Virus record (IMG/VR): IMGVR_UViG_3300045988_142192
Coordinates: 1 to 47,041 of that record
From: a virus
Length of the DNA stretch: 47,041 bases
Direction: 5' to 3' (one strand)
Shown here: one piece after another, positions 22,701 to 31,138 of the stretch
How positions within the stretch are numbered: the first letter of the stretch is position 1
How the letters are laid out: the number at the start of each line of letters is the position of its first letter
Notes under the pieces: generated by a model
What the model was told of the DNA's origin: nothing
Seen by the model: only the letters and a program-made list of their open reading frames with translations
Database searches by the model: none
Position numbers and translations under genes: made by a program

Positions 22701-22815
22701 TTGTCTTTTACTTATTAGACGTTAAAGAAATAAGGTTTATTAATTATATTTAAAGTTGACGAACTTAAAACGGATATTATAGCTTACTATAGCTTTAAAA
22801 TAGGAGGATTAAAAA

Positions 22816-23421
22816 ATGGAAAATTTAGAAAATAACGTTGTTAATAATGAAGTACAAGAAAATACAGAGGTAGAAGCTAAAGGTGTTAAGACTTTTACAC
22901 AAGATGAACTTAATAAAATAGTTGCAGAAAGAATAGCTAAAGAAAAAAAGAAATTAGAAGCTGAAAGATTAAAGCAACAAGAGATGCAAGAAAAGCTTAT
23001 AGAAGAAGAATCTGAAAAACTTGCTAAAATGACAGAAGCTGAAAAGATAAAGGCAAAAGCCGAAAGAGAACGTAAAAAGTTTGAAGAAAAAGTTGCTAGA
23101 TATGAAACAGAAAAGAAAGCTTTCGAGCAAGAGAAAATTAAAAATGAAACTATGAAACTTTTAAGTGAAAAAGGACTACCAATTGAATTATGTCAATTCA
23201 TAAAATCAGATACTGCTGATGAAATAATGGGAAATGTAGAAGTGTTTGAAAAATGTTGGTCAGAAGCTATAGAAAAATCAGTAAACGCTAGATTAAGAAC
23301 AAGTGGTGAATTAAAAACTTCAACTACTACTAAAGCTACTTACACAGTAGACCAATTAAGAAATATGTCAGCAGAAGAAATAAACAAAAACTGGGATAAG
23401 ATAAAAAATAATTTTAGATAA
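22816..23421 (+). CDS. Head scaffolding protein
   Basis: Lys/Glu-rich coiled coil of 201 aa immediately before the capsid gene. Confidence 0.7.
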   Translation: MENLENNVVNNEVQENTEVEAKGVKTFTQDELNKIVAERIAKEKKKLEAERLKQQEMQEKLIEEESEKLAKMTEAEKIKAKAERERKKFEEKVARYETEKKAFEQEKIKNETMKLLSEKGLPIELCQFIKSDTADEIMGNVEVFEKCWSEAIEKSVNARLRTSGELKTSTTTKATYTVDQLRNMSAEEINKNWDKIKNNFR

Positions 23422-23459
23422 GAAAGGATAGCTTATAAAAGCTATTATGGTGAATTAAT

Positions 23460-24236
23460 ATGGCAGTAACTAACTTTATACCCTCAATTTGGGAAGCAAG
23501 ATTATTAGCAAAATTCCATGAAAGAAGTATAACAGACTTAATAACTACAGCACCTACAAAAGTAGAAGGAAACAAAGTAATATTCAATAAGGTATCAGAT
23601 GTAGCTATAAACAAATACACTGGAACTGTAGATTTTGAAGATTTAACAACTTCAAAAGTTGAATTAGCTTTAGATAATAAAAATTATTGGGCATTTAAAG
23701 TTGATGATGTAGATGCAGTTCAATCAGCAGGAGAATTAATAGACCCACACGTTGAAGAAGCAGGATATGGATTACAAGAAGCTACTGATAAGTTTGTATT
23801 AACAGAAGCTTTAAGAACTACTAATGAAGTAACTAAAGAAGATTCTGACAAAGCATATGATTTAATAGTAAAAGCTAATACTGCTTTAAATAAAAATAAA
23901 GTGCCTAAGGCTCAAAGATATGCAGTTATAAATGCAGAAGTTTTACAAGATTTACAACTAGATTCAAGATTTACATTACAATATACAATATTAGAAAACG
24001 GAATAATAGAAGGTGCTAACATAAACGGTACTCAATTAGTATTCTCTGAAGAATTAAATGGTGGAAAATTTGCTATAGTAGTATTACATAAATCAGCTAT
24101 AGGATATGCTAAGCAATTAGAAGAAACTGAAGCTATGAGATTACAAAACTCTTTTGCTGATGGTATAAGAGGACTACAAGTTGATGGTGTTAAAACTTTA
24201 AGAGAAGAAGCTATAGTAAAATACGTTCAAGAGTAA
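23460..24236 (+). CDS. Major capsid protein
   Basis: Its position after the scaffold gene and the N-terminus FIPSIWEARLLAKF are typical of a capsid family. A terminator hairpin follows. Confidence 0.7.
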   Translation: MAVTNFIPSIWEARLLAKFHERSITDLITTAPTKVEGNKVIFNKVSDVAINKYTGTVDFEDLTTSKVELALDNKNYWAFKVDDVDAVQSAGELIDPHVEEAGYGLQEATDKFVLTEALRTTNEVTKEDSDKAYDLIVKANTALNKNKVPKAQRYAVINAEVLQDLQLDSRFTLQYTILENGIIEGANINGTQLVFSEELNGGKFAIVVLHKSAIGYAKQLEETEAMRLQNSFADGIRGLQVDGVKTLREEAIVKYVQE

Positions 24237-24310
24237 CTGCGAAGTGCTTCAGTTGTCGAAGAAGTGGAAGTCCCACAAAAGAAAACTAGAAAGAAAAGAA
24301 CTACTAAGAA

Positions 24311-24338
24311 GATAGGGGAATAATCCTCTATCTTTTTC
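24311..24338 (+). terminator. Intrinsic terminator after the capsid gene
   Basis: GATAGGGG-aataat-CCTCTATC (one G-U pair) followed by TTTTT. Confidence 0.55.
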
Positions 24339-24353
24339 ATATAGGTGATAATT

Positions 24354-24698
24354 ATGTTAGAAAACATAAAATTAATATTAAATCTTACTGATTATGAGCA
24401 TGACAACTTAATATTATTGTATTTGGCTAAAGTAGAAACTATGGTTGTAGACTATTGCAATGTAAATGAACTTACAGAAGGGCTAGAAAGTTTCATAGAA
24501 GATAAAGTTGTGTCTATTATGAAACCTTTAGTAACTGGTGGAGCTCAAAATACTGGTGAAATTAAGTCTATAAGTAGAGGGGACACTAAAATAGAATATA
24601 ACGTTGGTGAAGCAGTTGTATCTACTTCAAATGGTGCAACATTAACTTCATCTGATAAAGAATTCTTAAAGCAGTATAGAAGGGCTAGGTGCTATTAA
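24354..24698 (+). CDS. Head-tail connector (gp6-like) protein
   Basis: LENIKLILNLTDYEHDNLILLYLAKVETMVVDYCN resembles the gp6-like connector N-terminus, and the position fits. Confidence 0.55.
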   Translation: MLENIKLILNLTDYEHDNLILLYLAKVETMVVDYCNVNELTEGLESFIEDKVVSIMKPLVTGGAQNTGEIKSISRGDTKIEYNVGEAVVSTSNGATLTSSDKEFLKQYRRARCY

Positions 24699-25045
24699 TG
24701 ACTGATATTGAAATATTAGAAAGCACTTACTTTGATAGATGTACTATCAAGAGAAAGGTTAAAACTAAAAACCCTAATACTGGTGTAACTGAAACTGTAG
24801 AAAAAATAATAGCTGAAAATGTTAAATGTGCTTTGTCTAAAAAAGATGTTCAAACTATGTCTAGTGATGGTGTAGGTAAATTAGCTTTTTCACACTTGTT
24901 ATTTTTAAATCCTAATATTGATTTGCAAGAAGGTGATACAGTAGAAGTATCTAGTATGGGTAAAATATCTATTTATTTAGCTTCTAAGCCTTTTTATTAT
25001 TCTTCTCATAGTGAAACTTTATTAAGCTATAAAGAGAGGGTTTAA
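24698..25045 (+). CDS. Head closure / head-tail adaptor candidate
   Basis: Assigned by synteny. 115 aa with an ATG overlapping the upstream stop. Confidence 0.4.
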   Translation: MTDIEILESTYFDRCTIKRKVKTKNPNTGVTETVEKIIAENVKCALSKKDVQTMSSDGVGKLAFSHLLFLNPNIDLQEGDTVEVSSMGKISIYLASKPFYYSSHSETLLSYKERV

Positions 25046-25046
25046 A

Positions 25047-25406
25047 ATGGAAGTTCAAGGATTAAATGAATTTACTAAAACTCTAAATAATGCTAGTAAT
25101 AATTTTGAAAAAGAAGCTAGTAAGAAGCTAGATGTTATTACTAATAAATTAATAGCTAAAGTTAAACTAAAAACTCCAGTCGATAGTGGATTACTTAGGA
25201 GAAGTTGGCAACCTAAAAAGATTAATAATCTTGAAAGGTTAGTATTTAATAATGTTAAATATGCGTCCCATGTAAACTATGGCCACAGAACAAGAGGTGG
25301 AAAATCCTTTATAGATGGAGTTTATATGCTTGAAAAATCAGTAAAAGAAATTGAATCAGAACTTGATAAAGAATTTTCTATAATGATAGATAATCTTTTT
25401 AAGTAG
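25047..25406 (+). CDS. HK97 gp10-family tail-component protein
   Basis: The TPVDSGLLRRSW motif. Confidence 0.7.
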   Translation: MEVQGLNEFTKTLNNASNNFEKEASKKLDVITNKLIAKVKLKTPVDSGLLRRSWQPKKINNLERLVFNNVKYASHVNYGHRTRGGKSFIDGVYMLEKSVKEIESELDKEFSIMIDNLFK

Positions 25407-25419
25407 AAAGTAGGTTAAT

Positions 25420-25851
25420 ATGATAACTTACAAAGATATTTTATTTTCTACTACTAAAATATTATCTGATAATTTTGAGTGTGATGTTATAGTTGATGAT
25501 AGCGAGGGGACTTTTGAGAATGAATGTTTTTATGTAACAGTAGTTCCTATAAATTCAATAGCCTCTACAAGATTAACTAATGAAAAAAGCTTAATGTTAT
25601 CTATAAAATATTTTGGTGGAGATAAATTGAAAAATTATGAAATTGCAGATATTCTTGAAAGTTTGTTTGTTAGAAATTTAAAAGTTAAAGATAGATTTGT
25701 AAATATATCCAATGTTGAGCCTAACTTTTTAAAAGATGAAGTAGGTGATATGTTGGATTTTTTAGTTTATCTAAAATACTTTGATGATATTAAACAATCT
25801 GTAGAGGAATTTGACAATATGGAATATGTAAATATGAATATGAAAGGGTGA
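25420..25851 (+). CDS. Tail completion / XkdJ-position protein
   Basis: Assigned by synteny only (the gene before the sheath). Confidence 0.35.
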   Translation: MITYKDILFSTTKILSDNFECDVIVDDSEGTFENECFYVTVVPINSIASTRLTNEKSLMLSIKYFGGDKLKNYEIADILESLFVRNLKVKDRFVNISNVEPNFLKDEVGDMLDFLVYLKYFDDIKQSVEEFDNMEYVNMNMKG

Positions 25852-25855
25852 TTAA

Positions 25856-26905
25856 ATGGGATTACCAATAATTGATATATCATTTAAGCAACTGGCGAAA
25901 ACTTCGGTAATAAGAAGTCAAAGAGGTATAGTAGCTTTAATATTAAAAGATACTGCTAAAACTTCTTTAACGGTATTTGATGAAGGAGATATACCATCTA
26001 GCTTAACAGAAGAAAATCAAGGATTAATAAAAGATGTATTAAAAGGTTCACCTAACAAAATAGAACTTTATGTATTAGGTACAGAAGGGCAAATATCAGA
26101 AGCATTAACTTATTTTGAAGGTGTAGAGTTTAACTTAATGTGTATGCCTTCGGCTGAAACTTCTGATGCAACTGCTATAAAAACATTTATAAAGAAAATG
26201 AATGATGTTGTTAAATATAAATGTGATGCAATAATTGCAAATGACAAAGCAGATAGTGAAGCTATGATAAACTATACTGCTAAAAATATAGTTGTAAATG
26301 GTGAAAGTGTAACTACTGCTAATCATACTGCAAGAATAGCAGGACTTATAGAAGGAACTCCTTTAAATCAATCTATTACTTTTGCAACTTTATCAGATGT
26401 TGATGCTATAGAAAATCTTACTAAAGAACAAGCTGATACTCGTATAGATAATGGTGAGTTAATCCTAGTGAGAGAAATGGGAAAAGTAAGAGTTGCAAGA
26501 GGTGTAAATTCACTTACAACTTTAACTGATATAAAAGGCAAGGCTTTCCAAAAGATAAAGTTAAGAAAAACTTTAAACCTAATACATAATGATTTAAGAA
26601 GAGTTATAGTTGAAAAGTATATAGGGAAAGTTCCTAACAACTATGATAACAAGTGCATCTTAATAACTGAAATAAAGAACTATTTAGATGAATTATCTAG
26701 TGAACAATTAATAGAAAAAGTAAATACAGTTGGTATAGACTTAACAGCACAAAAGAAATGGCTTAAAGATAATACTAATTTAGATGTAAATACTATGTCA
26801 GAACAAGAAATAAAAGAAGCTAATACACAAAGCAACGTATTTATTGCAATATCACTAAAAGTAGTTGATGCAATGGAAGATATAGTTGTATCTGTGGAAA
26901 TATAG
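25856..26905 (+). CDS. Tail sheath protein (XkdK-like)
   Basis: 349 aa immediately upstream of the tube and chaperone genes. Its N-terminus is GLPIIDISF. Confidence 0.7.
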   Translation: MGLPIIDISFKQLAKTSVIRSQRGIVALILKDTAKTSLTVFDEGDIPSSLTEENQGLIKDVLKGSPNKIELYVLGTEGQISEALTYFEGVEFNLMCMPSAETSDATAIKTFIKKMNDVVKYKCDAIIANDKADSEAMINYTAKNIVVNGESVTTANHTARIAGLIEGTPLNQSITFATLSDVDAIENLTKEQADTRIDNGELILVREMGKVRVARGVNSLTTLTDIKGKAFQKIKLRKTLNLIHNDLRRVIVEKYIGKVPNNYDNKCILITEIKNYLDELSSEQLIEKVNTVGIDLTAQKKWLKDNTNLDVNTMSEQEIKEANTQSNVFIAISLKVVDAMEDIVVSVEI

Positions 26906-26915
26906 GAGGTGTATT

Positions 26916-27341
26916 ATGGCTATAGATGAAAGAAAAATAATTAACGGTACTCATGGGACTGTATTCTTTGACGGTGAAGAAATAGCAGAAATAAAAGCAT
27001 TTCAAGCTAAGCTTGAATTCCAAAAAGAAGAAGTAAAAATTGCTGGCAAAATGGCAACAGGAACTAAGTATATGGGTTATAGTGGCAAAGGCTCACTAAC
27101 TCTACATAAAGTAAATTCAAGAATGATAAAAGCTATAGGTGAACAAATAAAACAAGGTAAAGAGCCACGTTTTACTCTTATAGGTAAATTAGCAGACCCT
27201 GACTCTGACGGAGTTGAAAGAATAGCTATAAATAACGTATCATTTGACGACTTAACTTTATTTGATTTTGAAGTTGGAGCTTTAGGTCAAACTGAATGTC
27301 CTTTTACATTTGATGAATGGAATGTTCTCGACTCTATATAA
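26916..27341 (+). CDS. Tail tube protein (XkdM-like)
   Basis: INGTHGTVFFDGEEIAEIKAFQAKLEF..GKGSLTLHKVNS. ATG 26916 follows an AGGAGGTG SD. Confidence 0.7.
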   Translation: MAIDERKIINGTHGTVFFDGEEIAEIKAFQAKLEFQKEEVKIAGKMATGTKYMGYSGKGSLTLHKVNSRMIKAIGEQIKQGKEPRFTLIGKLADPDSDGVERIAINNVSFDDLTLFDFEVGALGQTECPFTFDEWNVLDSI

Positions 27342-27367
27342 TTGACATAATTAAATAAAAACTTAAC

Positions 27368-27402
27368 AAGGCTAGGACATTACTCCTAGTCTTTATTTTT
27401 AT
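27368..27402 (+). terminator. Intrinsic terminator after the tube gene
   Basis: AAGGCTAGGA-cattac-TCCTAGTCTT followed by TATTTTT. Confidence 0.6.
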
Positions 27403-27423
27403 ATATAAGGAGGAATTTAGACT

Positions 27424-27843
27424 ATGAGTAATGTAATAGATTTACTTTTAAACGCAGATTTAGAACAAATACAAAGACCTTCAAAAGAGGTTGAAATAAA
27501 AAGATTATCCAATGTATTTGGAGAAAAATTTACAGTTTTATGTAAGGCTTTAACTTATGACAAGTATAGCGAGATACAAGAAAATTGTATTGATATAACT
27601 ACTAAAGAGCCTACTTTTGATTTACAAAAACTTCAAATAGAGTTAGTTTTCAACGGTGTATTTAATGCACAAGATGGAACTAGATTTTTCTCTAACAAAG
27701 AACTACATAAAAAATTCAAAGTTCCGCATGGAAAAGAGTTAATTAAAAAGCTTTTATTAAGTGGAGAAATATCTGCATTAGCTGACACTATAACTGAACT
27801 AACTGGATATAAAGGTGATTTAATAGAAGAAGTAAAAAACTAA
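27424..27843 (+). CDS. Tail assembly chaperone (XkdN-like), short form
   Basis: It lies between the tube and tape-measure genes. 139 aa. Confidence 0.7.
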   Translation: MSNVIDLLLNADLEQIQRPSKEVEIKRLSNVFGEKFTVLCKALTYDKYSEIQENCIDITTKEPTFDLQKLQIELVFNGVFNAQDGTRFFSNKELHKKFKVPHGKELIKKLLLSGEISALADTITELTGYKGDLIEEVKN

Positions 27844-28025
27844 TAAAGACTGATGATAATACTTTCTTAATGTTTTATTTATTTCATAAGAAAAATATCA
27901 TTAGTCCAAAAGAAAGCTATAATCTATTAAATTCTATGGATAAAGGCGAAAAAGAAATACTTTTAGCTTTTATAAAGCAAGAAATGGAAATAGAGCAGAA
28001 GAAAAACTCCTTAGAGGAGGTGTAA
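27424..28025 (+). CDS. Tail assembly chaperone long form via a -1 frameshift at A_AAA_AAC
   Basis: The slippery heptamer at 27834-27840 is 1 nt before the zero-frame TAA. The -1 frame stays open for 62 more codons, to TAA 28023-28025, just before the tape-measure ATG. Confidence 0.6.
27834..27840 (+). promoter_or_regulatory. -1 programmed ribosomal frameshift slippery site A AAA AAC
   Basis: X_XXY_YYZ heptamer in the correct phase (GTA AAA AAC TAA). Confidence 0.6.
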
Positions 28026-28028
28026 CAA

Positions 28029-29687
28029 ATGAGTAGTACAGAAAAAGTATTAAAAGCCAAAATTCAAGCAGTCGATAATTTTACTAAGCCTATGCAAAAA
28101 GTTATATCTCAAACTAAAACATTTCAAACTACTGCAAAAGCAGTAAAACCTTTAGTATTGAAAGCTAAAGATATGGCTAGTAAAGTTATATCTAAGGTAA
28201 AAGCACAAGTAGATAAATTTAAGGTTACTAAATTTGGTCAGTTTGTGCTTAAAGCTAAAGATATGGCTTCTAAAGTATTGACTAAAGTAAATGGTATGTT
28301 ACGGTCATTTGCAAGTAAGGCTTGGAGTGCTACTGTATCAGTAAAAGATAAAGCTTCTAGTGTATTGTCAAGTATTCAAGCTAAACTTAGTGCATTAGCT
28401 TTAGGTGCTACTGTTATGGTAGGTGCTAAAACTGGGTTTAATGAACTAGCAAACGAACAAACTGAAAAATTAACTATAAATAGAGTAATTAAAAATAGTG
28501 GAAAGTCTAAAGAAGAAGCTAAAAAGTCAACTGATGAATTCTATAAATATCTAGAAGAATATGCAAATAAAACTCCTTTTGAAACAAGTGCAGTAACTCA
28601 ATTTGGTACTAAGGCTATGATGATGTCAAAAGGTAATGTTGATAATGCTAAACAACTTACAGATATGATGGGAAATGTAAAAGCCTTTGTTGGAAATCTT
28701 AGAACTGAAACAGAGGTTGCAGAAGCTTTCTTTAGTGCTAATAATGGCAATATGGAAATGCTTAATAATATGTTAGGTACTCAATATAAAACATTTGAAG
28801 AAGCTAAAAAAGGTATTGCTAAAAATCAAGGTGGCTTAGTTGAAGAAATGTCTACTACTCTTGGTGGTTTATTATCTACTATAAGTGGGAAGATGAAGAA
28901 TAGTTTAAAAGGTGTTACTAAAGTATTTACTGATATGTTAAGTGGTAGTATGAGTGGCATTATAGGTTTTATAGATAGTATTTCACCTAAAATGGTTGCT
29001 ATGGCTGAAAGTGTAAAAGCAGGTTTTGAAGCTTTCTCTAAGTCCGAACAAGCTAGTCAATATATGCAAATATTTAAAACTGTATTTGAAGTTGCTTGGA
29101 ATTTAGTAAAAGCTACTATAGAAGCAGTAAGACCAGTTATAGAAGCTATATTTAACTTTATAGCACAACATTCTACTGAAATATCAACTATAGTTAAGAC
29201 ATTTGGTACAGTGTGGCAGTCAGTATGGAAAACAGTCGGTGTACTTTTACAAGGTGCTTGGAGTATATGTGAGCCTATACTAAGCACATTAGTAAAAGCT
29301 TTAGCTAAGGTAAGTGGTGCAGTAGAGCAAATATGTAGTTGGTGGAATAAAATGGTTGAACTTCTTAAAACTCCTATAAATGCGGTTGTGAATGTGGCTA
29401 AAAAAGGTGCTAGTTGGGTAGGAGATAAATTAGGATTATCAGAAGGAAGAAATGCTTTTGGTAGTGGTAGAATTGCAAGGGATGGAACTGTTAGAACGCT
29501 TCACGAAGGAGAAAAAATTCTTACAAAACAAGAAGTAAACAGATACGACAAAGGTCAAAATACTAACAGCATAAATGTAGTTGTAAATGGTTTAACAGTA
29601 AGAGAAGAAAGCGACATTAATAAAATAGCTTCTCAATTACTTAAGAAAATAAACGAAAGTAAAATAGTTTATGGAGGTGCTTATTAA
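28029..29687 (+). CDS. Tail tape measure protein
   Basis: 552 aa, helical and Ala/Lys-rich, with internal repeats (KAKDMASKV twice). The position fits. Confidence 0.8.
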   Translation: MSSTEKVLKAKIQAVDNFTKPMQKVISQTKTFQTTAKAVKPLVLKAKDMASKVISKVKAQVDKFKVTKFGQFVLKAKDMASKVLTKVNGMLRSFASKAWSATVSVKDKASSVLSSIQAKLSALALGATVMVGAKTGFNELANEQTEKLTINRVIKNSGKSKEEAKKSTDEFYKYLEEYANKTPFETSAVTQFGTKAMMMSKGNVDNAKQLTDMMGNVKAFVGNLRTETEVAEAFFSANNGNMEMLNNMLGTQYKTFEEAKKGIAKNQGGLVEEMSTTLGGLLSTISGKMKNSLKGVTKVFTDMLSGSMSGIIGFIDSISPKMVAMAESVKAGFEAFSKSEQASQYMQIFKTVFEVAWNLVKATIEAVRPVIEAIFNFIAQHSTEISTIVKTFGTVWQSVWKTVGVLLQGAWSICEPILSTLVKALAKVSGAVEQICSWWNKMVELLKTPINAVVNVAKKGASWVGDKLGLSEGRNAFGSGRIARDGTVRTLHEGEKILTKQEVNRYDKGQNTNSINVVVNGLTVREESDINKIASQLLKKINESKIVYGGAY

Positions 29688-30346
29688 TGGAAATATATCT
29701 AGGAACAGATAATGATAAAATAAGATTTCCAGTAGTGCCTTCATCTATTGGAGTAAATAGAAGTAATAATATAGATACTCAAGCAGTTATAAAACTTGGA
29801 GAAGTGCCTATATTTAATGGCACATCACTTAAAACTATTGAATTTACTAGCTTTTTCCCTAATCAAGAATATAGCTTTTGTGATTATACTGGATTTATGA
29901 AACCTTATGAATTTAGTGAAAAAATACAAAAGTGGATGTATGAGGGTAAGCCTTTAAGAGTTATAGTTACTGACAGTCCGACAAATATGCAATGTTTGAT
30001 TCAACAATTTGATACGGTAGAACAAGATGGTACAAGAGATTTGTATTTTACTTTGAATTTATTAGAATATAGACCTATTGAGGTGCCTAATTTAAGTGGT
30101 AGCAATACAAGTAATAATTCAAATAATACTCAAAATACAAGTAGACCAAGTGAAACTAATACTAATTCAAATAATCAACAGAAAACTCATAAAGTTGTAA
30201 GAGGTGATACTCTTTACGATATAGCTAAAAAATATTATGGTAAAGGCAGTTTATATCCTAAAATCAAAGAAGCTAATAAAACTAAATATCCATCACTTGC
30301 TAAAAACGATATAATTTATGTAGGTATGGAGTTGATTATTCCTTAA
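29687..30346 (+). CDS. LysM-domain tail protein (XkdP-like)
   Basis: C-terminal LysM: HKVVRGDTLYDIAKKYYG...IYVGMELIIP. Confidence 0.8.
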   Translation: MEIYLGTDNDKIRFPVVPSSIGVNRSNNIDTQAVIKLGEVPIFNGTSLKTIEFTSFFPNQEYSFCDYTGFMKPYEFSEKIQKWMYEGKPLRVIVTDSPTNMQCLIQQFDTVEQDGTRDLYFTLNLLEYRPIEVPNLSGSNTSNNSNNTQNTSRPSETNTNSNNQQKTHKVVRGDTLYDIAKKYYGKGSLYPKIKEANKTKYPSLAKNDIIYVGMELIIP

Positions 30347-30392
30347 AGAAGATATATAATTAATATATATATTTTTTTAAAAGGAGGTTTAT

Positions 30393-31109
30393 ATGACATA
30401 TACTAAATATCTTATAGGGGAAAGATTTAAAAATAATAAAGGTTTTGAATATGAAATAATAGGATATTGCTTTGATTTGAAGAATTCTCATAAAAAAAGA
30501 AGAATACGATTTGATTCTGGATATGAATGTGTTATAAGTACTCCTAATATAAAGCACGGAACTATAATCGATTATGGTAATCCTACAGTATTAAATATTG
30601 GATATGGCGAAAAGCATATTGATAATAAACTTCTGTATTCTAGATGGTACAAAATGCTTTCGAGATGCTATGATGTAAATTCTCATAATTATAAATGGTA
30701 TGGAGCAAATGGAGTTTATGTTTGCGAAAGATGGTTGCATTACAAAAACTATGAAAAAGATGTTTCGTCTATGGATAATTATAAAGAGATGGTTAAAAAT
30801 CCAAACCTATGGAATATAGATAAAGATATTGTTGAAAAAGGTAATAAATGTTATTGCCCTGATAAATGTAAGATAGTTTCAAAATATGAAAACATATCAG
30901 AGGCTATTGATAGAAATAAATCCACGACTTCTGTATCAAGAAGCCCAGTAATCCAAATGGATAAAAATTTTAAAATTTTAAATGAATATCCTAGCATAAA
31001 AAATGCTTCTATTGCTACTGGTGTAAATTCTCAAGGTATTTCTCTTTGTTGCAATGGGAAATTAAAGACCTCCGGAGGATTTATTTGGAAACATAAAAGA
31101 GACCTATAA
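30393..31109 (+). CDS. Homing-endonuclease-like protein (degenerate HNH-like core plus a NUMOD/IENR-type DNA-binding tail)
   Basis: The C-terminus VIQMDKNFKILNEYPSIKNASIATGVNSQGISLCCNGKLKTSGGFIWKHK is the typical homing-endonuclease DNA-binding module. YSRWYKMLSRCY..YKWYGANGVYVCERW block. Confidence 0.45.
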   Translation: MTYTKYLIGERFKNNKGFEYEIIGYCFDLKNSHKKRRIRFDSGYECVISTPNIKHGTIIDYGNPTVLNIGYGEKHIDNKLLYSRWYKMLSRCYDVNSHNYKWYGANGVYVCERWLHYKNYEKDVSSMDNYKEMVKNPNLWNIDKDIVEKGNKCYCPDKCKIVSKYENISEAIDRNKSTTSVSRSPVIQMDKNFKILNEYPSIKNASIATGVNSQGISLCCNGKLKTSGGFIWKHKRDL

Positions 31110-31121
31110 TGGTCTTTTTTT
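31095..31121 (+). terminator. Intrinsic terminator
   Basis: AAAGAGACC-tataat-GGTCTTTTT stem followed by a T-run. Confidence 0.55.
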
Positions 31122-31138
31122 ATTAAGGAGGTGAAGTA

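Larger units (their letters stand above)
30347..31138 (+). mobile_element. Free-standing homing-endonuclease-like gene cassette inserted between tail genes
   Basis: It has its own SD and its own terminator (31095-31121), and it interrupts the conserved XkdP-XkdQ adjacency. Confidence 0.4.

Noticed and set aside
24237-24323. A 28-codon in-frame open stretch after the TAA stop of the capsid gene (LRSASVVEEVEVPQKKTRKKRTTKKIGE), considered as a read-through or extended capsid isoform.
   Set aside because: TAA is a tight stop. The stretch is purine-rich (few T), so stop-free frames are expected by chance. It has no SD or start codon, and it ends inside the terminator hairpin.
30393-31109. The endonuclease-like gene, considered as intron- or intein-encoded.
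   Set aside because: Both flanking tail genes are complete with their own start and stop codons. No split host gene or group I/II intron structure was recognisable. A free-standing cassette is the simpler reading.
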